The notes under the pieces were generated by a model. That model was not told the origin of the DNA, did no database searches, and worked only from the letters and a program-made list of their open reading frames with translations. From a virus (Duplodnaviria; Caudoviricetes), in IMG/VR virus record IMGVR_UViG_3300021560_000011, positions 1 to 40,855 of that record: DNA of 40,855 nucleotides; one strand, given 5' to 3'. The position numbers and the translations under genes were made by a program. Positions 8,652-15,181 of the stretch are shown here, in pieces; the first letter of the stretch is position 1; the number at the start of each line of letters is the position of its first letter.

Positions 8652-8966
8652 TTAACCCGGACCCAACCCAGAATAAACCTCTTCCGGCGAGCTGCCTTTT
8701 AACTTATACTCTTCTTCCGCCTCTATGTCGCATACTAGTGGACGAACCCATATATATTTATAACCCATAATTTGACAGTGCAGTTGTGCTTTCTTTATTG
8801 CAATCTGTAAGTTACCATCGCAAAGAAAGTTCTTAGTGAGAGTAGCATTCATTCCGTGACGGTAATGAAGAGTCCAAAGATTAGAGAATCTCTGAACTTT
8901 ATTTAGGGAATTAGCAGAAGATCCCATAACCGGTGTCTGGGTGGGATTTGGATTTGAAGTAGCCAT
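8652..8966 (-). CDS. hypothetical protein
   Basis: 104-aa ORF, 2-nt gap to the upstream gene. Confidence 0.65.
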   Translation of the reverse strand: MATSNPNPTQTPVMGSSANSLNKVQRFSNLWTLHYRHGMNATLTKNFLCDGNLQIAIKKAQLHCQIMGYKYIWVRPLVCDIEAEEEYKLKGSSPEEVYSGLGPG

Positions 8967-8968
8967 CT

Positions 8969-9376
8969 TTAATTAACCTGTTCTTGTTCAGACTCAGAAT
9001 CAGAATCAACAGAATCAACAGACTCATAAGAAGAGTCCAAGCCCTGTAAGGACTGTCTAGGAAATAAGTGTGAAGCAAGACCCTTAGTTTTAGTTAAGTC
9101 TTGCCCATCACTTTGTATGATAACAGTAAAACTAGGTACCTGAACAGGTGTTTCTTTAAGAGCACCACGGGCCTTCATTACTATTTCCAGTGCTCTTAGT
9201 TTTAGTGCTTCATTATTGGAATGGAGTGCTAAAGATACTAGTTCATCCGCGATAGTCTCATTAGTAAGACCAGCACTAGTCAGACCATCAACAAAAGATC
9301 CACTATCAGCTTTTTCATCCTCAAGAAGTCCAGCTTTCCTTAGAACTTGTTGAACTTCAGGTTTTATTAAGGGCAT
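8969..9376 (-). CDS. probable terminase small subunit
   Basis: Near the start of the late operon upstream of terL; GLT..TIADEL...KLRALEIVMKARG helix pattern seen in TerS-like proteins. Assignment largely positional. Confidence 0.45.
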   Translation of the reverse strand: MPLIKPEVQQVLRKAGLLEDEKADSGSFVDGLTSAGLTNETIADELVSLALHSNNEALKLRALEIVMKARGALKETPVQVPSFTVIIQSDGQDLTKTKGLASHLFPRQSLQGLDSSYESVDSVDSDSESEQEQVN

Positions 9377-9813
9377 TAGTAACCTCCACCTTCCAGAGGT
9401 CTAGCAGCCTGTTCATCCTCTAACTCTGCTAATTCCTTCTGTAATCCTTCAGGTACAAAATCCCAAGAAGCTCTATCACTCATAGCTTCTACTAGAACTT
9501 TCAAGTCTACTGGAGTTAAGTTATTGAAAGAATCAAGAGTAACCCGGATTGCATCCAGAACTTCTGTGTAGGTAGGACTAAGAGGCGGGGTACAAATCTC
9601 AGACAGGATTAAAGCTATGGAGTCTTTTATGTATACTAGGTCTGATTCTATTAGCCTGCTGTTACTCGTAGCTGGCCCGGCGGGTGAGTTTCCTAAATCT
9701 TTAGAGGTTAAGAAGCCCAAGCCTAAAGCTTTAAGTGGAGAGTTTTGAATCCTATCCTGTACGTAATCTTCTCTTAAGGCATCTACCTGTCCTGGAACCT
9801 GTACTGAGTGCAT
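9376..9813 (-). CDS. hypothetical acidic protein, first gene of the late arm
   Basis: 145-aa ORF with AGGAG upstream; TAATG overlap with the next gene. Confidence 0.6.
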   Translation of the reverse strand: MHSVQVPGQVDALREDYVQDRIQNSPLKALGLGFLTSKDLGNSPAGPATSNSRLIESDLVYIKDSIALILSEICTPPLSPTYTEVLDAIRVTLDSFNNLTPVDLKVLVEAMSDRASWDFVPEGLQKELAELEDEQAARPLEGGGY

Positions 9814-9896
9814 CCAGCTTTGCTCCTAAGCGGGGGGACTAAGCAGCAATGGTAAGGTAGAATAGGTTATATTAGAACTGCGCTTGTAATAAGAAA

Positions 9897-9925
9897 AGTG
9901 TAGCTCGTGACCTGAGTGAAGTCAA
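9897..9925 (-). promoter_or_regulatory. candidate promoter for the packaging/structural arm
   Basis: TTGACT(9925-9920)-17 nt-TACACT(9902-9897). Confidence 0.6.
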
Positions 9926-9938
9926 TAGCGCTTGGCTG

Positions 9939-9963
9939 TAAGCCACTGAAAACAGGCAGGATA
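9939..9963. promoter_or_regulatory. 25-bp TAAG...type motif, copy 1
   Basis: TAAGCCACTGAAAACAGGCAGGATA, 13 bp upstream of the -35 of the late promoter; similar to four copies at 12222-12729. Confidence 0.45.
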
Positions 9964-10009
9964 AAGTTGTAATCTTATTTTAGCATAGAATTCACAATTG
10001 TTAACTCTT

Positions 10010-10258
10010 TTAATTCTTAGTTTTTTTACTGGAAGTTTTTTCTAGCTTAGGAGTTTTTTCTAGCCTACTGGAAGAATCTAAGTAATGCGCCTCCCTTTTT
10101 ATTTCCACCTGCTCCTGTCCTTCTGAGTCCCCAAGCAGAGCTTCCCTGAGCTTCCAAGCTTTAACCAGTGCGGAATTCTTTTCATTCCTTAACTTCTGCC
10201 TGAGCCGGCGCTGAGTCCAGTCTTTATTTAGTATATTCTTTATTTCCTGTTTGTTCAT
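10010..10258 (-). CDS. small basic hypothetical protein
   Basis: 82-aa ORF, RBS AGGAG. Confidence 0.6.
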   Translation of the reverse strand: MNKQEIKNILNKDWTQRRLRQKLRNEKNSALVKAWKLREALLGDSEGQEQVEIKREAHYLDSSSRLEKTPKLEKTSSKKTKN

Positions 10259-10291
10259 TTGTTCTCCTGTTTCTAACCTATTCAGCTATCT

Positions 10292-10326
10292 AAGTGAAAG
10301 TGAAAGTGAAAGTGAAAGTGAAAGTG
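10292..10326. repeat. tandem hexamer array (AAAGTG)x5 plus a partial copy, followed by a G run
   Basis: aagtg aaagtg aaagtg aaagtg aaagtg aaagtg ggggg read directly. Confidence 0.9.
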
Positions 10327-10344
10327 GGGGGCCGATTTTTAAAA

Positions 10345-10392
10345 AAGTACCAGTACTTTTGGGGAGTCCATCCCTACTTAGTACTGGTACTT
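10345..10392. repeat. 13-bp perfect inverted repeat (cruciform/hairpin)
   Basis: AAGTACCAGTACT (10345-10357) and AGTACTGGTACTT (10380-10392), with an inner GGGA/TCCC pairing. Confidence 0.85.
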
Positions 10393-10449
10393 AAATTAGT
10401 ACTTGACTTTTACTTTCTCTATCAGAGCAGATTCCACACCTGTCCGTAG

Positions 10450-10845
10450 TTAGTAGTCATATCTATTCTCCATGTACTCCATGTACCTCTCATCCTCGTT
10501 CCAATGCTCATAAGGGCGCATCATTCTAGCACCTATTGCCTCGAGCTTATCTTCAACTAACTCTATTTCAAGCTCGAATTCAGCCTGTTTAGCATCTCTA
10601 TCAGTTTGCCATTGCTTCCTAGATTCACACTCAGTATGGTTAGCGACTAAACAGTACTCACACTCGCAATCCTCAAATGGATCATAATCACAGCCGTCTT
10701 CATTCCTAGCTAAAGAGTCATAGTATTTGTTCTCCCTTTGCGTTTCAAGTTCGCTCCATTTCTTAGCTAAAGCTTTAGCGCGGGCGTAATCAGAATCACT
10801 ATGCTCCTGGTTCTCATTGATCCAAGTAAAACTTCTATTCGTCAT
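10450..10845 (-). CDS. acidic hypothetical protein with a Cys/His cluster
   Basis: 131 aa, CECEYC...HTEC; RBS AAGGA. Confidence 0.7.
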   Translation of the reverse strand: MTNRSFTWINENQEHSDSDYARAKALAKKWSELETQRENKYYDSLARNEDGCDYDPFEDCECEYCLVANHTECESRKQWQTDRDAKQAEFELEIELVEDKLEAIGARMMRPYEHWNEDERYMEYMENRYDY

Positions 10846-10938
10846 TTTAGTTTCCTTTAGAGTTTAAATAAACCCTCCATTAGGTATAGGCGGAGAATTC
10901 ACGTAGGTCCGCAATAACTCAAGACCTCAGACTCGCTT

Positions 10939-11305
10939 AAAACACCTTGGAGGTTGCAGGTTGCATCCTGACCCAAGGCATTTTCTCAGCCTAACCTCTA
11001 ACGTTAGAGGGTACTTAAAATATAACAAGAAGCAACCTGGAGCGTAACAACATTTCACCCCATAAAATGTTTTAGGCTACCTGCAACTCATTTGCAACCC
11101 GGCCCGGCCCGCTTTATACTTTAAAGTACTCCGAAACACAAAGCAGACTACCCCCCAGAGTACTCTCTAGAGGATAGTTGTTTATAGCTTATACTTATTT
11201 GTGGGAGAAAGGATCTCCCTTATTCCCCCTCACTAACTCACTCCCCTCCAAAAGTCACTACTAAGTCCGGGGGGAGTTAGTTTTTAGGCTAGGGAGTTAG
11301 TTTTT
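10939..11305 (-). other. non-coding hairpin cluster (structured RNA or processing sites)
   Basis: 12-bp stem 10939-10984, 16-bp palindrome 10995-11010, 14-bp stem 11147-11178, GGGAGA/TCTCCC 11203-11219, ACTAACTC/GAGTTAGT 11232-11281. The G-U pairs work only on the minus strand. Confidence 0.55.
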
Positions 11306-11334
11306 TAGTCTAGCCCCCCTGCCTTAGCTTTGCC

Positions 11335-11838
11335 TTAGCTCTGCAATCCTCCCAGCATTGCCGGATTCTCACGGAGGAACTTCCTCGCCGCTTCTTTCTT
11401 TGCCTCTTTATCTTCCGCGCTCATGGACTTATCGTATCCATTAAGCTTGGCAAGAGTCAGTACAGCGGCATCGATCATTGCCTTTTTGTTCTTATCCGCA
11501 TAGCTACCAGTATAAAGAGTGGTAGTAATGTTATTCTCACTGTCAGTCAGGAACCACCCATCATTTGCATCGCTGTTATAGGTTGCATCCTGAACCTGCT
11601 TGATAAGCCCTGCATGGATAAGATCCAGTAGAGCACTGGTATCGTTATTCATTGTGGCTAGGACTTCCTGAATACTGGTAGGCTTCTTTGGGACAGTGTA
11701 GGTCTTTTTCAGAAGCACATTGTCGAAAGTCTTAAGGTCAAAAACAGTCTTCTGAGACTCCTTAGTCTCCCCGCCTGTAGCAGGGCTAGCTTGCTGGCTT
11801 TCCTGCTCATCCTGTACCTGCACGTTTTCATCACTCAT
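11335..11838 (-). CDS. hypothetical early protein (167 aa)
   Basis: Start moved from 11994 to ATG 11838 (MSDENVQ; GAAAGG upstream) because 11994 overlaps a -35 box. Confidence 0.75.
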   Translation of the reverse strand: MSDENVQVQDEQESQQASPATGGETKESQKTVFDLKTFDNVLLKKTYTVPKKPTSIQEVLATMNNDTSALLDLIHAGLIKQVQDATYNSDANDGWFLTDSENNITTTLYTGSYADKNKKAMIDAAVLTLAKLNGYDKSMSAEDKEAKKEAARKFLRENPAMLGGLQS

Positions 11839-11961
11839 CTCTTTAACTACCTTTCTGCGCTTTGACCCGCGCCGGGTTGCTACTGCTAAACTCTGATCGA
11901 TTTCGGTTCTGATTACTAGTGCGCTCATTCCTTGGATTCCCCTTTCCTCTACTGAAAATCT

Positions 11962-11991
11962 AGGATACCAGGAAGCACTAGAGGTTGTCAA
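11962..11991 (-). promoter_or_regulatory. leftward sigma70-type promoter
   Basis: TTGACA(11991-11986)-18 nt-TATCCT(11967-11962, preceded by TGg). Confidence 0.7.
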
Positions 11992-12082
11992 CATCTTTTT
12001 TTACCTTCAGGGGTGGGTTGGGATGAAATCTGCGTACCGATTGAGCAGCTCTGCATGCAGCAACTAAAGTTAATTTATCCAT
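11978..12082 (-). CDS. putative leaderless 34-aa peptide MDKLTLVAACRAAQSVRRFHPNPPLKVKKDVDNL
   Basis: ATG lies exactly 6 nt after a -10 box, as for the two HNH genes; translated by hand. Confidence 0.3.
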   Translation of the reverse strand: MDKLTLVAACRAAQSVRRFHPNPPLKVKKDVDNL

Positions 12083-12118
12083 ATTCAGACCTTAACACTT
12101 CCCCTGGGAACTTGTCAA
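12083..12118 (-). promoter_or_regulatory. leftward sigma70-type promoter, leaderless
   Basis: TTGACA(12118-12113)-18 nt-TAAGGT(12094-12089, preceded by TGt)-6 nt-ATG. Confidence 0.65.
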
Positions 12119-12157
12119 GCCTCTGGCTGGAAGTTAGCTTGGCTGAAAGTTAAATCC

Positions 12158-12291
12158 AGATTTAAGGTAAATCAATCCAGCTGATACGTAGTTTTACCCT
12201 GTGCCTGAGATTCACACTGTTTAAGCTCTCTAGAATGACTAACTTACAAATTTGACGTGTCAGATAACCCACACTTTTTTACCTTAAATCT
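12158..12291. repeat. 14-bp perfect inverted repeat pair flanking 25-bp motif copy 2
   Basis: AGATTTAAGGTAAA (12158-12171) and TTTACCTTAAATCT (12278-12291). Confidence 0.85.
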
Positions 12292-12729
12292 AGTTAATAC
12301 GCAAAATTTTGACTCCTAAGCCAATGTAAGGCTCGTTTGTTACATTTCCCTGAAGTCCTGGACGCCAGTTCCGACACTCCAGACTACGATGCGCCTACAG
12401 TGGGGTCACAATAGGGTACGCATGTAAGCCCTAACACGATAGAGGGATAAGGACTTAGCTTACTACCCCCCTACCCCTTTAATCGCTACCCCCCCCCCCG
12501 TTCCCAGAATAGGATTTTGTGTGTCTGTATATATATGATAATAATATATATAATAAAAATAAAAAAAAAACACCTTTAGCGCTACCTACTGTACTGCTTT
12601 GCTTTTATGTAAGACTAATAACATCAATAACTTGAGTCACTGTACACCATGTGTACACCATAGGGGGTATAGGGGTACACTTCTCCAGTGAGTAGGGTAC
12701 TCGCTAATCCTATGATTCTGAAGCAAATA
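12222..12729. promoter_or_regulatory. four further copies of the 25-26-bp TAA(G)...(CT)TA motif
   Basis: 12222 TAAGCTCTCTAGAATGACTAACTTA; 12432 TAACACGATAGAGGGATAAGGACTTA; 12610 TAAGACTAATAACATCAATAACTTG; 12705 TAATCCTATGATTCTGAAGCAAATA. Confidence 0.5.
12464..12680. other. candidate replication origin: C tracts, AT-rich unwinding tract, A run, short repeats
   Basis: CTACCCC x3 including a long C run, then a nearly pure A/T tract (~12528-12570), TGTACACCAT x2 and TAGGGG x2, at the strand-switch point. Confidence 0.4.
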
Positions 12730-12735
12730 AACAGC

Positions 12736-12764
12736 TTGCATCATTCCTATACATGGTATACACT
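12736..12764 (+). promoter_or_regulatory. rightward promoter for the early/replication arm
   Basis: TTGCAT(12736-12741)-17 nt-TACACT(12759-12764). Confidence 0.55.
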
Positions 12765-12870
12765 CAGGATTCCATGAGTTACGCATCACTTCAGCACTCA
12801 TCAGGGCTTTACCCTAGTAAGGTACTAGTACCCTTAAATTCTACGTATCAGCTATAGGATACTTAAAGCT

Positions 12871-13473
12871 ATGCTTATTTATCATAAAAAGCCACTTTCT
12901 AAAGCCTACTCACAAGTATCACAGGATCAACCCTTAGAACTTTTTAGAGTCTATAAAGTATTTCCAGCTAATACTCCTAACTTACCTCCCGGTAAGAATA
13001 CCCAAACCTTAGTTTTAAGTCAAGAGAATCAAGCTTATTCCACATGGACTGCTGCGAATAAACCTTCAGAAGCTAAATTCATCATATGGATAGATTCTAG
13101 ACGCTGGTTCTTAGAACATTCTATTAATGTACTAGCGAATGGTTCTAGGCTATCACCTTCTGATTTTAGAGAACATCTCTATAAATTAGGTTATAAAGAT
13201 ACTCCTACAATAACTGAGAAAACTATAAAAGCTATTAAACCATCATTCTTAGGATCAGCACTTAAAGCCACTAAGCCTAAACAAAAAGATCATCGAGTTC
13301 TGAATCCTGAAATTTGGGCACCAGAAGTACTTTTTAGAAATAAAGCAAAACATAAACAGCCTACAGCTTTAGAAAAAGAACAAGCACACCTAGCTGCAAT
13401 AGAAAAAGAGATTGCTAACCTGATCGAATCTAAGAAGCTACGGGACTCACAGAAGAAGATAAGACCTCTGTAG
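12871..13473 (+). CDS. basic hypothetical protein
   Basis: 200-aa ORF, first long ORF of the rightward arm. Confidence 0.65.
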   Translation: MLIYHKKPLSKAYSQVSQDQPLELFRVYKVFPANTPNLPPGKNTQTLVLSQENQAYSTWTAANKPSEAKFIIWIDSRRWFLEHSINVLANGSRLSPSDFREHLYKLGYKDTPTITEKTIKAIKPSFLGSALKATKPKQKDHRVLNPEIWAPEVLFRNKAKHKQPTALEKEQAHLAAIEKEIANLIESKKLRDSQKKIRPL

Positions 13474-13523
13474 CTTAGCTTCCCCTGTAGCTTAGCTTAA
13501 AAAAGAAAGGATAAGATAAAAGA

Positions 13524-13868
13524 ATGGCACAGTTCATTCAACTAACAACTGAAGAGATAGATTACCTGCTTAACCTGATATCAGAACTTGATTTCGATAC
13601 TGCCTACACAGTAGAGATCCGTATCACGACAGTGGAAAAGCTTATGGCTATCAGAAAGCAGCCTAGGTCTTACAAGCTTTTCTATAACGAAGTTACTTAC
13701 CTGCTAGAACTTATAGAAGATGATGACTTGGAAGCTGACTCCGCAATACGCGGGCAGACACTAGCGGTACTGGAAGATATTCAGAACTTACAGGCTAAGC
13801 GCTTCCAGGAAACTCTTAGCATAGAGGAACAGCGGGAGCTTCGGCGCGCTAAGAGAACTATCCGCTAA
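13524..13868 (+). CDS. hypothetical protein with internal duplication (LTTEEIDYLLNLI / LFYNEVTYLLELI)
   Basis: 114-aa ORF, RBS AAGGA. Confidence 0.7.
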   Translation: MAQFIQLTTEEIDYLLNLISELDFDTAYTVEIRITTVEKLMAIRKQPRSYKLFYNEVTYLLELIEDDDLEADSAIRGQTLAVLEDIQNLQAKRFQETLSIEEQRELRRAKRTIR

Positions 13869-13889
13869 AGCTCTAAGAAAGGATAGAAT

Positions 13890-14033
13890 ATGAGTGATAA
13901 CTTTAACTTAATTTTAGGAATAACTTTAACCGGATGGTCACTAGGTTGGTTCTGGTCTGTACTTAAAGCACCATATCATTTTACAATCCCAGTGGAGGTG
14001 ACAATAAAACATGACCCAACCACTTCTCACTAA
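13890..14033 (+). CDS. 47-aa single-TM membrane peptide (not in ORF track)
   Basis: MSDNFNLILGITLTGWSLGWFWSVLKAPYHFTIPVEVTIKHDPTTSH; RBS AAGGA; fills the gap. Confidence 0.6.
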   Translation: MSDNFNLILGITLTGWSLGWFWSVLKAPYHFTIPVEVTIKHDPTTSH

Positions 14034-14811
14034 AGAGGCAGAATTTACAGAATGTGTAATCTGTCAGAAACCACTAGGCCAAGACTCACGGGACTCAGGT
14101 TACAGCTTGTGTCACGAGCATAGGAAGTGTATCTATTGCGAAAAGGATATTTCACCCGCTGAGAATACTACTTGCCTTAAAGCTTTACGTGAACACCGGT
14201 CAGCTTTAAGCCGGTCAGCTTTAAGTAACGGTACACCTCCAGACTATTCTGAGATAACAGTTACTCATGCTTCCTGTTGGATCATACAACAGAGAAAGAT
14301 AGACGATCCTGAGATAACTGTTAGGCAAAGTACTTATGATTTCGCTAACCTTTGCAGACTAGCTATAATACCTGAACTAGAACTTAATGCTAAGACTAAC
14401 AGGGAGAATGCGGAGATAGAAGGTCACAAGCTTGTCCAAAACATGGATTATCTTGAAAAGACCATGTTCATAGAGAGACTTGAGGCTATAGCTTCTTTCC
14501 AAAGGATGTTACTAAAGCAAGATCCTAAGTTTAATAAGGAACTTCTAGAACTTCGGGAGAAACAGAAAGCTTCCGTAGCTAGGGTAGAAGCTTCTACCTC
14601 TGCTCGTCCACAACCTAAGATCAGAGCACAGGATATACAACTAGCACACTTTATGGAGATTTATGATATTAAGGAAGCTGAAGTAGGTAAGAAGCTTCTA
14701 GTTCAATTTAACAAAGCAATACAGGATTTACAAAATAGATCAGGATTTGACGAACCCACTGCAAGAGAAATGGTAGCCAGAGTTATGAAGTTACAGCGTA
14801 AGGTAGAATAA
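14011..14811 (+). CDS. hypothetical protein with N-terminal Zn-binding region
   Basis: CVIC...LCHEH.KCIYC...C...HASC; RBS GGAGG. Confidence 0.75.
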   Translation: MTQPLLTKEAEFTECVICQKPLGQDSRDSGYSLCHEHRKCIYCEKDISPAENTTCLKALREHRSALSRSALSNGTPPDYSEITVTHASCWIIQQRKIDDPEITVRQSTYDFANLCRLAIIPELELNAKTNRENAEIEGHKLVQNMDYLEKTMFIERLEAIASFQRMLLKQDPKFNKELLELREKQKASVARVEASTSARPQPKIRAQDIQLAHFMEIYDIKEAEVGKKLLVQFNKAIQDLQNRSGFDEPTAREMVARVMKLQRKVE

Positions 14812-14834
14812 ACCACATAGGATAGAATAAACCA

Positions 14835-15041
14835 ATGACAGACCTCAATGAGAAACTTTTAGATTATCTTAACGAACGTATCGCGGGTTGCCAGGGGAGT
14901 AACAGCGCCTTTTCAACTGTACAGCTAGGAGTACTTCTAGATGTGAAAGCTTTTCTCCTCACAGACGGAAAGCTTTACCAACCCACTAGTACTAGTACCT
15001 ACAGGACCTCTAGGACTAAAAATGAACCGGCGGTACTATAG
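14835..15041 (+). CDS. hypothetical protein
   Basis: 68-aa ORF, AGGA upstream. Confidence 0.55.
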   Translation: MTDLNEKLLDYLNERIAGCQGSNSAFSTVQLGVLLDVKAFLLTDGKLYQPTSTSTYRTSRTKNEPAVL

Positions 15042-15067
15042 ACATTCCACTAAGGGTATGGTAAAAT
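15039..15067 (+). promoter_or_regulatory. promoter upstream of the SNF2 helicase
   Basis: TAGACA(15039-15044)-17 nt-TAAAAT(15062-15067, preceded by TGg), then 6 nt to an ATG. Confidence 0.65.
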
Positions 15068-15181
15068 AAAAGCATGACAAATCTATGAATAGTAGGTGAT
15101 AAACCTACAATACAAAATGCTAGAATTCCCTATGGCACAGTCTTTACAAGAGAGAATTAGAGTTAAAGAGAGATATAAATA

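Noticed and set aside
10939-10984. tRNA gene (T-arm-like CAGG-AUGCAA-CCUG)
   Set aside because: I could not build a cloverleaf with D-arm and anticodon arm; it is a simple long hairpin.
10292-12729. CRISPR or mini-array
   Set aside because: The repeats are either spacerless hexamers or degenerate, irregularly spaced motifs; no constant repeat-spacer period. The Cas4-like gene sits in a recombination module.
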